This document shows positions 10,082 through 19,671 of a DNA stretch of 64,000 nt, one piece after another. The notes below the pieces were generated by a model. It did no database searches and had not been told where the DNA came from. It saw only the letters and a list, made by a program, of their open reading frames with translations. Location: assembly GCA_964568845.1 (NCBI GenBank), contig CAZMSC010000003.1:1608-65607 (forward strand), written 5' to 3'. The stretch's first letter is position 1. Each line of letters opens with the position of its first letter. The stretch is from an uncultured Candidatus Bathyarchaeia archaeon (lineage in GTDB: Archaea; Thermoproteota; CALKCG01; B24). The position numbers and the translations under genes are program-made.

Positions 10082-10582
10082 TTAATGCTTCTCTCCGCTC
10101 AACTCTCTTATTTTAGCTTCCAGACGATTTACGATCGTTTTATTGTCCTCGTATTGCAGGGATGCTCCGCAGTTGCCGCAGGTGAAGTTCTGTTCAACTG
10201 CTTCTTCAAACGTTAATCTTACACAGCCCTTTGGACATGAGTAGAACTCATGGCTTTTCTCATATTGAAGCCTCTCTTTAAGCCGCTTGAGAAGTTTTCT
10301 CCTTTGATCTTCAAGGTACAGTTCAACCTGCTCAGGTTGAATCATCCACTTAAAGTAGTACCAGCCTGTTTTCTCATCTCTAAACCTCTGAACAGTTACT
10401 ATGGAGTTTTCGGCAAACTGGTATAGGATTCTTCTAACCACGTTCGGTTTTAAGCTTAAAGCTAACGCCAGTTCATCGTCTCTCATACTTCCATTATCCA
10501 TAAGGCATTTGATTATCTTAACTCCATCCCCGCCAGCTACGACCTCGGCAAGCCTATAGAGTAGATTCTCCCATTTAGACAT
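10082..10582 (-). CDS. tfe: transcription factor E (TFIIE-alpha homologue)
   Basis: N-terminal winged helix plus C-terminal zinc ribbon CPKGC...CGNCG. ~166 aa. Confidence 0.75.
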   Translation of the reverse strand: MSKWENLLYRLAEVVAGGDGVKIIKCLMDNGSMRDDELALALSLKPNVVRRILYQFAENSIVTVQRFRDEKTGWYYFKWMIQPEQVELYLEDQRRKLLKRLKERLQYEKSHEFYSCPKGCVRLTFEEAVEQNFTCGNCGASLQYEDNKTIVNRLEAKIRELSGEKH

Positions 10583-10691
10583 TCATTTACACAATAATTA
10601 TGCGATACAGAGCTCTTTAAGGTTTTAGGTTGTTAAAACCCGTATGATAAAGAATTAAAGTTTATGAGGCCCATCATTACAAGATTCTAAT

Positions 10692-10803
10692 GCGGGGGTG
10701 GCAGAGCTAGGTTAAATGCGCGAGGCTCAAGATCTTAAAAATTGGGAGAAGAAACCTCGTGGGCGTAGGCCCTACGTGGGTTCGAATCCCACCCCCCGCA
10801 CCA
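10692..10803 (+). tRNA. tRNA-Leu(CAA) with ~22-nt intron in the anticodon loop and encoded CCA
   Basis: Acceptor gcggggg/cccccgc. Anticodon stem cgagg/cctcg enclosing loop ctCAAga plus an insert. Long variable arm. T-arm gtgggttcgaatcccac. 3' discriminator a followed by cca. Confidence 0.8.
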
Positions 10804-10977
10804 GTTTACCGGTAAATTATAGATACTGGTTTATCTCTTTTTATTTGATGTTGTATGCTTAGAACTAATAGAGACAAGACCGAGGCCATTAAGGATAGAC
10901 CGTCTATGTTTATCTGCCGCTTGGCGCGATGGGGAAAACTTTAAATGGAAAGTATTGGAGGAGACTAGTGAGAGGTA

Positions 10978-11469
10978 ATGTCTACGGTTACGATAACGCT
11001 ACCCAGTAAAGCTTTGGAGGACATTAAGAGGAGGGCGGAATCCGAGGGCAAATCATTGGAGGAATATATAGCTGAAGCCCTTCTCAAGCAACTCAACATA
11101 AAGGATCCGGAAGCCAATGTTGAACTCCACTTAAAACTATGCGAAAAATACTTGGAGGAGGCTGAAAATTTCCTAGCGAAGAAGGATTATGTTCAGGCGT
11201 CGGAGAAGGCGTGGGGTGCTACCTCCCAAATCCTTAAGGCCTCAGTTGCCAGAGAGGGTAGAGAGCTCAGAAGCCACGCGGAATTGTGGGAGTCTACTGA
11301 TGAGCTGGCTGAGAAGTTAGGTGATAAGGAACTAAGACATCTTTGGAGGGCTGCAAATGCCCTCCGCCAGAACTTCTACGAAAACTGGATGCCGGCAAGA
11401 GAAGTTGAACTTTCAGTTAGAGATGTTAAGGCATTTGTGGAGAGATTGAGAGTTGCATTGAAGATTTAA
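10978..11469 (+). CDS. ribbon-helix-helix (CopG-like) N-terminus fused to a PaREP1-family (HEPN-like) domain
   Basis: N-terminus TITLPSKALEDIKRRAESEGKSLEEYIAEALL looks RHH-like. C-terminal ~115 aa match the PaREP1 pattern (Y.EEAENFLAKKDYVQASEKAWGA...R.LRSH...LRQNFYE), with an Rx4-6H-like motif. Confidence 0.55.
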   Translation: MSTVTITLPSKALEDIKRRAESEGKSLEEYIAEALLKQLNIKDPEANVELHLKLCEKYLEEAENFLAKKDYVQASEKAWGATSQILKASVAREGRELRSHAELWESTDELAEKLGDKELRHLWRAANALRQNFYENWMPAREVELSVRDVKAFVERLRVALKI

Positions 11470-11803
11470 GATGTTACCCGAATACATAGATGAAGCTGAA
11501 AAAGGAAGAGTACACACTCAATTCATTAGACATGGGCTTTCTCGCTTTAGTTTATTAAAGAAGGGTTTTAGAAAATGGGAAGTGGTGGAAAGGTAGACTG
11601 TAGTCTATGGTCATATTTCTCAATCGCATCCATCTCCTCATGGATGTTTTTAGACTCTCCAGGCTTTATTTTAACTTGTTTATTAACGGTTTCCTCAATT
11701 TACACCGATTTTCTACTCAAACTCTTTAATCCCATTCCCTTTCCTTTTAAGATGGAGAACTCTTTTTAATAGATGTCTTCATGATAGTAGTAGAGGGCTT
11801 ACT

Positions 11804-12412
11804 ATGAGCAAGACTTGCAAAAGAAGACTTTATCTCGCGTCAAAATCTGAAAGGAGAATAGAAATTCTCCGGAAACTTGGTTTTGAATTCACAGTATTAG
11901 AGCCTAGGGAATTAGAGGAGCCCCATGGGGATTTTAAGCATTTGGTTGTTTCCAACGCCCTTTCCAAGGCTTGGAGTGTTTCAGATATGGTTGACTATGG
12001 GTGTATAGTTGCGGCTGATACCGTTGTAGTATTGGACGGATGGGTTTTAGGAAAGCCTAAGAATTATGATGATGCTAAACGTATGCTTAAGGCGCTGAGC
12101 GGTAAATGGCATCTAGTCGCCACAGGCCTCGCTGTCGTATTGATTCCAGAGAGACTTCAGTTTACAACAATTGAGGAAACTAGCGTTAAATTTAAAACTT
12201 TAACGGATAGGGAGGTATGGTTCTACCTTTCCACTGGTGAACCTTTTGATAAAGCCGGTGCATACGCTATTCAAGGATATGCAAGCCTATTTGTTGAGAG
12301 AATTGAAGGATGTTTTTTCAACGTAGTAGGTTTACCTGTTAAAGCTCTCTACGAACTGCTTAAGAAAGCTGGAATAGACATGCTCGACTACGTACGTTTA
12401 AGGACTAGTTAG
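11804..12412 (+). CDS. maf: Maf-like nucleoside triphosphate pyrophosphatase
   Basis: LASKSERR..IL, VVVLDG...GKP motifs and a C-terminal AYAIQG motif. Confidence 0.8.
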   Translation: MSKTCKRRLYLASKSERRIEILRKLGFEFTVLEPRELEEPHGDFKHLVVSNALSKAWSVSDMVDYGCIVAADTVVVLDGWVLGKPKNYDDAKRMLKALSGKWHLVATGLAVVLIPERLQFTTIEETSVKFKTLTDREVWFYLSTGEPFDKAGAYAIQGYASLFVERIEGCFFNVVGLPVKALYELLKKAGIDMLDYVRLRTS

Positions 12413-12456
12413 TTTTATGTTTCCTCAACGTTATTTCAATTGGAGGTGTTTACCGC

Positions 12457-13599
12457 TTGGTTTACTTGTACGGTAGGTCGTTTAAGCGGGAAGAATTACT
12501 TAAACACGTAGGGAGCATTGACCAGGTTGGAGGGATTAAGCTTCTAGAGGCGGAAAACGGCATGGAGCATGGTGTTAGAGTCGTTTCCATGAAGACTGGC
12601 GAGGTCGATCTACGTATAGTTGTGGATAGAGGATTAGATATAGCCAATGCCGAGTATAAGGGCGTACCTTTAGCTTGGATAAGTCCAACCGGATTTACCG
12701 CCCCATCATTCTTCGAACCCAAGGGCTTCGGCTGGCTTCGCGGATTCTTCGGAGGGCTTCTTACGACTTGCGGTCTGACGTATCTTGGAGCACCTACTGT
12801 TGATATGGGTGAAGAGCTCGGCCTACACGGCCGTATATCCTATACTCCGGCCGAGCTTACGAGGGTTGAAGGTTACTGGTATGGAGACGATTACTTCATG
12901 GTTGTCGAAGGGTCCTGTAGAGAGACTAGAGTCTTCGGTCCAAACCTCGTTTTGAAGCGTAAGATTGAATCTAAACTCGGAGCTAGAACCGTGGTGGTCG
13001 AAGACCTCGTGGTGAATGAGGGTTGGGATGCTCAGCCTTTAATGGTTCTATACCACTTCAACTTCGGCTTTCCCCTCGTAGATGAATATGCATACTTGGT
13101 TTCAACGTCTAGGCTTTACGTTCCAAGAGATAGGGATGCTGAAGAGGGGGCTGAAAAATACGATAGATTTCAAAGCCCAACTAAAGGCTTTAGGGAGAAG
13201 GTCTACTTCCACGACGTTGCGGTGGATGGTGACGGATACGCGTATGCCGGTGTAGTGAATGAAAAGCTTATGGACGGTTTAGGAGTCTATATAAAGTACA
13301 GAAAGAGCGAACTCAACCGTTTCATAGAGTGGAAGATGATGGGTGAAGGCACCTACGTAGTAGGATTGGAGCCGGCTAACTGTTTAGTCTTAGGTAGAGA
13401 TAAAGAGAGGAGATGGAGTACTCTACAATTCATCCAACCCGGTGAAGAGAGGAGGTTCACCATAGAACTCAACGTATTAGCTGGTTTAGATGAAGTCGGG
13501 AAGTTTCTGGAGAAGGTATATTCGATTACTGGAAGATTTAAACCCGAGATGCTAAAATCTGTAGAAGAGTTTATAGAAGCCACTAAACGGAGGCCTTAA
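12457..13599 (+). CDS. aldose 1-epimerase-like (galactose mutarotase fold, DUF4432-like) protein
   Basis: 380 aa. Overall pattern resembles the mutarotase-like superfamily. Weak, motif-level only. Confidence 0.3.
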   Translation: MVYLYGRSFKREELLKHVGSIDQVGGIKLLEAENGMEHGVRVVSMKTGEVDLRIVVDRGLDIANAEYKGVPLAWISPTGFTAPSFFEPKGFGWLRGFFGGLLTTCGLTYLGAPTVDMGEELGLHGRISYTPAELTRVEGYWYGDDYFMVVEGSCRETRVFGPNLVLKRKIESKLGARTVVVEDLVVNEGWDAQPLMVLYHFNFGFPLVDEYAYLVSTSRLYVPRDRDAEEGAEKYDRFQSPTKGFREKVYFHDVAVDGDGYAYAGVVNEKLMDGLGVYIKYRKSELNRFIEWKMMGEGTYVVGLEPANCLVLGRDKERRWSTLQFIQPGEERRFTIELNVLAGLDEVGKFLEKVYSITGRFKPEMLKSVEEFIEATKRRP

Positions 13600-13668
13600 A
13601 CCTGAGCGCAGTGAGTGCTAAGCTACTACTATATTATAATAATGTTTTTATTATGTCAAAGCGGAATT

Positions 13669-14364
13669 ATGGTTCGTATGAGCCGTAAGAATAGGTTGTT
13701 TGTATTAACGCATTCAGCAGGGTTTAGACACAGCTACCTGACGACAGCGGTTGAAGTTTTAACCAGACTTGGAGAGAATACTGGGCTTTTCGAAGTATAT
13801 GCGACGGAGGAGTGTTTTGAACTTAACGATAAAATGCTTAGTAGTTGCGCTGCTGTCCTATTCATGACGACTGGTGAACTTCCCGTGAGTGAAGAGCAGA
13901 AGAGCGCTCTGATACGTTTTGTCGAAAACGGTGGAGGATTCATAGGGGTGCATAACGCTACAGACACTTTTTACAAGTTCACAGAGTATGGTAAGATGCT
14001 GGGTGGATACTTCAACGGACATCCATGGACGCAGGAAGTATACGCAATAGTTGAAGATAACACCCATCCTTCGACTAAACACCTCTCCAAGAGGTTTAAA
14101 GTCCTTGAAGAAGTATACACGTTTAGAGATTGGAGTAGGGAGAAGACGCACGTACTCATAAGCCTTGACAACAGCTCCGTAGATTTAAGTAAGGGTACGC
14201 GTTCAGACAACGATTATGCATTAGCCTGGTGCCACAACTACGGCCGGGGAAGAGTATTCTACACAGCCTTCGGACACTTCACACAACTTTGGAGGATGGA
14301 CTACTTTCAGAAACACATACTCGGCGGGATAGCTTGGGTTATGGGCGAGGAGGGCCGCGTTTAA
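13669..14364 (+). CDS. ThuA-like (trehalose utilisation) class-I glutamine amidotransferase-like protein
   Basis: LFVLT..GFRH...GGGFIGVHNATDTF...AWCHNYGRGRVFYTAFGH pattern. The ORF opens at 13615, but the first plausible Met after a hydrophobic junk leader is at 13669/13678. Confidence 0.55.
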   Translation: MVRMSRKNRLFVLTHSAGFRHSYLTTAVEVLTRLGENTGLFEVYATEECFELNDKMLSSCAAVLFMTTGELPVSEEQKSALIRFVENGGGFIGVHNATDTFYKFTEYGKMLGGYFNGHPWTQEVYAIVEDNTHPSTKHLSKRFKVLEEVYTFRDWSREKTHVLISLDNSSVDLSKGTRSDNDYALAWCHNYGRGRVFYTAFGHFTQLWRMDYFQKHILGGIAWVMGEEGRV

Positions 14365-14639
14365 CCTCCATGCGAAACCGGTACGAAGACAACTTCATCT
14401 CCATCTTTAAGCTCAGTGTCTAAACCGTTTAAGACTCCAACATCTTTTTGATTGATCAAAGTTAACACTGTTTCCTTAAAACCTTCATCGTTTAGAACTG
14501 CATTTTTAAACCTGGTTTTCCGCTTAACTATCATTCTCAAAAGGTCTCTCAACGTATAGTTTTCCGGGACGTCTACTGTTGTTTCTCCAGATCCATATAG
14601 TCTCGCTAGAAAACCCAGGAATCTAACTCTAACCTTCAT
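14361..14639 (-). CDS. MoaD/ThiS-type ubiquitin-like small protein (SAMP-like), C-terminal GG
   Basis: MKVRVRFLG...GDEVVFVPVSHGG stop. ORF extends to 14696, but Met at 14639 gives the canonical ~92-aa beta-grasp protein. Confidence 0.6.
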   Translation of the reverse strand: MKVRVRFLGFLARLYGSGETTVDVPENYTLRDLLRMIVKRKTRFKNAVLNDEGFKETVLTLINQKDVGVLNGLDTELKDGDEVVFVPVSHGG

Positions 14640-14765
14640 ACATCTACACCTTAAACTGGAGAATTCATAGGGGTCTGAGGAGATACAGCTCATCATTCAA
14701 AGCTGTCTGTGCAGGTCAGTTTCTTCATCCCCGAATTATAGACCTAAACTGCTAGATTTAAACAT

Positions 14766-15170
14766 TCACCTGCCGTATACTTCGAAGATCTTCTCTAAGA
14801 GCTTCTCAGCTATGGATATTTGCTCTCCAACCAATCGGATGAACATCTCCCTTGGAAATGTACGTGCATTATCTATAATGCTTCTTATAGATTTCTCCAT
14901 GGAGGCTAAAGTGGCGATCAAACCGTCATGCGCCTCGGCATTTCCATCGACAACGGCCACTATAGCATTGTAGACCGATGTTGGATCTCCGAGAGCGTAT
15001 AGTACAGCCGTCTGGGCCTTTCTAACGGCTGTTGAGCCCAAGCTTACGTATACTTCTTCACCGGTGAGAAGTTTTAGACACTCGTAGTCTACTTTAGCCT
15101 CTCTAAGATACCTTAGAGACCAGTTTAATCTGTACTCGTCTATGAAGAGCGGGTTGACGGTTATATTCAA
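14766..15170 (-). CDS. hypothetical protein (conserved position upstream of EF-1beta)
   Basis: 134-aa ORF with no diagnostic motif recognised. Confidence 0.4.
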   Translation of the reverse strand: MNITVNPLFIDEYRLNWSLRYLREAKVDYECLKLLTGEEVYVSLGSTAVRKAQTAVLYALGDPTSVYNAIVAVVDGNAEAHDGLIATLASMEKSIRSIIDNARTFPREMFIRLVGEQISIAEKLLEKIFEVYGR

Positions 15171-15174
15171 AAGC

Positions 15175-15444
15175 TCACCTAGCTCTGCTGACGGATATTA
15201 TTTGAATTTCACTAACACCTTGGGTTGCTCTAATAGCTTCTTCAACCTTGCTCATAACGCCTTCTTCATCAGGCATCGAAACCAACAGTAGGAGGGCGTT
15301 TAAACCGAAGGCTATAGGCTCTTCGCCAACCCCCTCGATTTTAGAGTTTTCAGGTAGATGTTCAGATATGTTTTTTGCAAGCTCTTTTAAATCTAAATCT
15401 ACGCTTTCAGGGAAAATTCTCAGCTTGACTAAAACTCTAGCCAT
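15175..15444 (-). CDS. ef1b: translation elongation factor 1-beta (aEF-1beta)
   Basis: 89 aa. MARVLVKLRIFPES..., characteristic archaeal EF-1beta. Confidence 0.8.
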   Translation of the reverse strand: MARVLVKLRIFPESVDLDLKELAKNISEHLPENSKIEGVGEEPIAFGLNALLLLVSMPDEEGVMSKVEEAIRATQGVSEIQIISVSRAR

Positions 15445-15456
15445 ACGACCACCACT

Positions 15457-15633
15457 CTATGGACCCGTAAAACCACACAGTGGACACTTATAAGGTTTAG
15501 CTAAAACTCTACACTTCTCACAACGCCATATTATGATCCTTCCGCAGCTTGGACACGGAAATTTTACGGCTAAGTCTCCGGGCTTTATAGGCTTATTACA
15601 CCAGAAGCATCTAGGTGTGTCTGATTCGGCCAT
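15457..15633 (-). CDS. small zinc-ribbon protein (COG2888-type, usually paired with EF-1beta)
   Basis: Not in the ORF track because it is under 60 aa. The minus strand reads MAESDTPRCFWCNKPIKPGDLAVKFPCPSCGRIIIWRCEKCRVLAKPYKCPLCGFTGP stop. Four CxxC pairs. Confidence 0.6.
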   Translation of the reverse strand: MAESDTPRCFWCNKPIKPGDLAVKFPCPSCGRIIIWRCEKCRVLAKPYKCPLCGFTGP

Positions 15634-15774
15634 GGATCCACCTTCCAGCTGTTAAACAACCAAACACCGTCGTAAATATAAATGTATCTTGTATAGAGCC
15701 TTAAACTGACGACGCTGGAGTATGACGGTTAAATTTAGTCAAGTTTATCTTAAGTTTCACGTCAATTTAAACAG

Positions 15775-16665
15775 GTGTTGTCTATGCGTGTAGTCGGTGG
15801 ACCGAGCTCCATTAAACTTGCGGAGAACATATCTCTAGAGCTTAAAGCACCTCTGATCAAAGCCCAATTTAAACGCTTTCCAGACGGTGAGTTCTACTTC
15901 AGACTATTGGAAGATGTGGAAGGCGAGGACATTTTACTCGTCCAAAGCCTACCTCCGCCTCAAGACCAGCACATAGTCGAGCTCATATATATGCTTGAAA
16001 CTTGCAGAGAACTCGAAGCCAGAAGCATCATCGTCTACGCACCATACCTAGCCTACAGCCGTCAAGACCAGCGGTATCTACCTGGTGAAGCCGTAAGCTC
16101 TAAAATACTCGCAGAGACTATTCAAAGGGCTGGGGCTTCAGAGCTCTACACAGTCGATATACATAATTTAAAAGTCTTAAACTACTACTGTATACCTGCT
16201 TACAACTTAACAGCCGCGGAAGAGATAATAAGATACTTCCTATCGAAGGGTGTTGAAAAGCCTTTAGTCATCGCACCAGACGATGAGGAGGACGCGCTCA
16301 AAAGAGCAGAGGCTGCTGCCAAAATAGCCGGGACAGACTACGATTGGCTTGAGAAGAAGAGGGACAGATACACCGGTGAAATAGCGACGGCTGAAAAAGC
16401 CTTAAACGTCTCAGGGAGAGACGTGGTGATAATAGATGACATCATAAGCACAGGTGGAACAGCTGCCAACGCCGCTAAAATACTCAAAAAGCAAGGTGCT
16501 AGAAGAGTATACGTGGGTGTAACACATGCACTACTAGCTGAAAACGCATTGGAACGCTTAAAAGAGGCGGGGATCGAAGAGGTCGTAGGAACAGACTCAG
16601 TACCTGGACCAGTATCGAAAATAACGACGGCGCCTATAATCGCTAGGAGGCTTAAATCGAGGTAA
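15775..16665 (+). CDS. prs: ribose-phosphate pyrophosphokinase (PRPP synthetase)
   Basis: FPDGE.Y, divalent-cation site, and PRPP-binding loop VVIIDDIISTGGT. Confidence 0.85.
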   Translation: MLSMRVVGGPSSIKLAENISLELKAPLIKAQFKRFPDGEFYFRLLEDVEGEDILLVQSLPPPQDQHIVELIYMLETCRELEARSIIVYAPYLAYSRQDQRYLPGEAVSSKILAETIQRAGASELYTVDIHNLKVLNYYCIPAYNLTAAEEIIRYFLSKGVEKPLVIAPDDEEDALKRAEAAAKIAGTDYDWLEKKRDRYTGEIATAEKALNVSGRDVVIIDDIISTGGTAANAAKILKKQGARRVYVGVTHALLAENALERLKEAGIEEVVGTDSVPGPVSKITTAPIIARRLKSR

Positions 16666-16844
16666 ACAAGCGCTTTTGAAAAAAACGGCCACTTTTCTCC
16701 CATCATCCCTTACTTTTAAAGCTGAGAATAACCCATCTCTACAAATTACCTACAATAGACCTCCATTTAAACGTCAACATCGCAAATCTTATAACTTCGT
16801 TTAAAGCTTAAACAATAGATAGTATAGCCCTTAGTCTTATCCAA

Positions 16845-16918
16845 GGGCCGGTCGTCCAGTTGGTTAGGATACCCGCCTGACGCGCGGGTGGTCGCAGGTT
16901 CAAGTCCTGCCCGGCCCA
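16845..16918 (+). tRNA. tRNA-Val(GAC), no encoded CCA
   Basis: gggccgg...ccggccc acceptor. Anticodon stem cccgc/gcggg with loop ctGACgc. T-arm gcaggttcaagtcctgc. Confidence 0.8.
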
Positions 16919-16927
16919 CTAAATTTT

Positions 16928-17896
16928 TACGCTCTTTAATAAGATTTTTGTGGCTGCTCCTTATGTTCTTTTATGGATGTTCTTGGTCTTCTTTCGAGTG
17001 GGTTTGCTTGTTCAAGGCTTTTTAGGGCTGTTAGGTGGCGTGGTGGCGTTTACTGCCCTAAGTGTGGTTCTAGAAGTATTAAGGGTCATGGGGGATATAG
17101 GTGTGGTCTTAAACGCTATTTCTGTAAGTCTTGTAGGAGGACGTTTAACGATAAGACAGGCACCATATTCCACTATTCTAGGCTAAGCCTTAGAGAATGG
17201 TTCATGCTTATGCTTCTCTTCCTGGGGCTCCATAATTCAGGCCTAGGGTTAAGCTGGCTTCTAGATAGAAGCCCCATGACGGTATTCAGGGCTTTAAGGA
17301 AGCTTATGTTGAAGCTTAAGGATGGGAGGGTTGAGTTTAGAGGGGCTGTAGAGGTCGATGAATTATACGTTAATGCCGGCTTGAAGGGTAGGAATAATAG
17401 TATACGCATTAAGCATCTTGGTAGAGAGCCTAGGCGTAGAGCTTTTAGGAGGCGTGGAAGAGGTTCATGGATTTATGATAAGCCAGCAGTATTCATCCTC
17501 GTTGGTAGAGGAGGAGGTGAAGACTATGTTCCATCAAGTAGCGTTGAGGCTGAAGCAGCCATCAAGATTGTAGGTAGACGTATCCGGAAGGACTCAACAA
17601 TATACACGGATAACTTTAAATCATACTTAGGCTTAAGCGGATTAGGCTATATGCATGAATACGTAAACCATTCAGAAGGAGAATGCCACATAAACAACTG
17701 CGAGAATAGAGCATCGATTCTTAGACCATGGCTATCCATCCATAGAGGAATATGCAAAGATAACCTGAAACCATATCTAGCAGCATTTAAGACATGCAGA
17801 AGATCAAGAAACGCAAACCCAATACAAGCAACAATAGAAATCATAAAAACAATTTATATAATAACAGCCACAACATTTTTAGTAAAGAGCGAAATA
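16928..17896 (+). mobile_element. IS1595-family insertion sequence (~970 bp) with ~29-bp imperfect terminal inverted repeats
   Basis: Left end tacgctctttaataagatttttgtggctg (16928-16956). The reverse complement of the right end (17866-17894) is ttcgctctttactaaaaatgttgtggctg. A single transposase ORF lies inside. Confidence 0.6.
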
Positions 17897-17899
17897 TAA
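16973..17899 (+). CDS. IS1595-family transposase (N-terminal zinc ribbon plus DDE domain)
   Basis: CPKCGS...C...CKSCRRTF zinc ribbon followed by a DDE-type region. Stop codon lies at the right inverted repeat. Confidence 0.65.
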   Translation: MDVLGLLSSGFACSRLFRAVRWRGGVYCPKCGSRSIKGHGGYRCGLKRYFCKSCRRTFNDKTGTIFHYSRLSLREWFMLMLLFLGLHNSGLGLSWLLDRSPMTVFRALRKLMLKLKDGRVEFRGAVEVDELYVNAGLKGRNNSIRIKHLGREPRRRAFRRRGRGSWIYDKPAVFILVGRGGGEDYVPSSSVEAEAAIKIVGRRIRKDSTIYTDNFKSYLGLSGLGYMHEYVNHSEGECHINNCENRASILRPWLSIHRGICKDNLKPYLAAFKTCRRSRNANPIQATIEIIKTIYIITATTFLVKSEI

Positions 17900-17923
17900 A
17901 TATTAGTTTTCTGATACGCTAAA

Positions 17924-18295
17924 ATGAGCGCTATGAGAAAGGAAGTCAGATACAAGGATATGGGAGACACAATTTTACTAAAGGTCTTTGGCTACTCTCC
18001 GAAGCTTAGGATACTGGACATATTCTTAACATGCCCCTACTTCGACTTCGCAAAAGAGGAATTGGTAGAAGAGCTTGGAATGAGCAAGCAAACCCTCTAC
18101 AAGAACTTCAAGGATTTGGAAGAGCTGGGAGTGGTCAAGCCAACGAGGAAAATAGGGAGAGCTACTCTATACAGAATAAATAGGGAGCACCCATTAGTTA
18201 AGAAATTGGATGAAATGATAAACGAGATATCGTTACAAATAGCTGAGAAAGAGGCGGAGAAGCAAGCACAAGCTGTTCCTGTAAGTAAGAAGTAA
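17924..18295 (+). CDS. winged-helix transcriptional regulator (putative)
   Basis: LRILDIFL....F...EL.EELGMSKQTLYKNFKDLEELGVVKP HTH-like segment. Confidence 0.4.
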   Translation: MSAMRKEVRYKDMGDTILLKVFGYSPKLRILDIFLTCPYFDFAKEELVEELGMSKQTLYKNFKDLEELGVVKPTRKIGRATLYRINREHPLVKKLDEMINEISLQIAEKEAEKQAQAVPVSKK

Positions 18296-18494
18296 ATGGA
18301 TGATTTGAGTTTTCTCTCTCACTCTCATTTCCGCTAATCTTCATTTAATGTAAAAAAAAAAGTTAACGATAGTGCCAAAAATTTAAACTCTAAATTCTAA
18401 ATATATTAGCGAGAGGAAAGAGAGTAGTTGCATTGGAGAAATAGTACTTTTTCATGAAGACTCAGGATGTCGAGTCGAGCTACTTTCCCTCAAA

Positions 18495-18764
18495 ATGAGA
18501 AGGGAAAAGCGTTGGAAGCTCAAGCTAGTTACATTCTTAATAGTTTTCACTTATCTTCTCTATCTAGTCTTTACGTTCACCTATGAATCTCTTTTATTCC
18601 AATATGAAGTCTCATGCAGAACTTGGTTTAAGCCTTGTAAAGAATATGCTGCTCAACCTCTAGAAGTGAATAAGGTAATGGGTTTGCTTGAGATAAGAGG
18701 CATTCTTTCAATTTTAGCTCTAATCGCATGGATTGGAGTTAGCAGGTATGTAGGATTGGTATGA
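18495..18764 (+). CDS. small hydrophobic hypothetical protein
   Basis: ORF with two predicted TM segments. Weak. Confidence 0.2.
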   Translation: MRREKRWKLKLVTFLIVFTYLLYLVFTFTYESLLFQYEVSCRTWFKPCKEYAAQPLEVNKVMGLLEIRGILSILALIAWIGVSRYVGLV

Positions 18765-19159
18765 GAAAAATTCCCATCAAAATGCTGTTGAAGTATAGCG
18801 GTTTGGGTTTGCTGTTAGCCGTAATTATTTACTCTTCTCAAAAGGGATTTTGACATTCCTTCGATCAGCTTATAGGTAAACTCGTTGACCTCGACCCAGC
18901 TCAAATAGTTAAGCCACCTAAGGGCTTAGAGGTCGGATATGTGCCAATTGCTACCCGCCAAGAATTAAGCGGGAGGAAACCCAAGGAAGGCAAGAAATGA
19001 AAAGAAATTAAGGATAATGCCTGCCCTCTGCGCAGAAAGATTGAGGGTAAATATAATACCGACGGTTAAAGGTGGAAATTTAAGTAATCCATGTTTTCCA
19101 TAAAACCTTTCCCGCAAGGTTAACCTTAATATCACAGTTTTGGACTAGCTAACTTAGAC

Positions 19160-19459
19160 TTGAACAGTCATTTGTACATACTCGGAAGGCTTAGACGATA
19201 TTTTGAAAGCATCAGCCAAGAAGAGTGCTCTTCGAGGCCTAACTATGTTGCTATCGCTAGAGTTAAGCGCGACTCTATCGAGCTTGTTGCTGATAAGCTT
19301 AAGGAAAACTGTGACGGCTTGAAGGTTTTAGAGAGCACTGTATTTAAGTGTCTTAAAGGTAGAGGTCTTCTCACTTTTCTCATGAAAAGTGGTAGGATTG
19401 TTATCGAAGCTCCAAATGAAGATGAAGCTTTACATATTCTTGAAGAAATATTCGAATGA
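19160..19459 (+). CDS. hypothetical protein
   Basis: 99-aa ORF. No motif recognised. Confidence 0.3.
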   Translation: MNSHLYILGRLRRYFESISQEECSSRPNYVAIARVKRDSIELVADKLKENCDGLKVLESTVFKCLKGRGLLTFLMKSGRIVIEAPNEDEALHILEEIFE

Positions 19460-19671
19460 GCCGCATCGAGCACCGGTTGGGTCTATATGTAGCTGCCTCG
19501 TGTGGCAGATTATACGCGTAGGGGATGCGCAACGTCTTAGATGTGTGTTCACTTCGTGAACTACCATTCGGTCTGATGCTTGAATCATGAAAGACCAGTC
19601 CTTATCGGCGGCGTGCGGGATAGGGTTTATCGGTGGGAGGGTTGAACGGCTATAGGTAGCTCACATTACAC

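Noticed and set aside
11575-11769. 64-aa plus-strand ORF in the intergenic region after the PaREP1 gene
   Set aside because: Low-complexity hydrophobic translation and no motif. Treated as intergenic.
18300-18490. AT-rich stretch with a poly-A run and partial inverted repeats downstream of the wHTH gene
   Set aside because: Complementarity is short and imperfect. Probably an AT-rich terminator or promoter region, nothing specific supportable.
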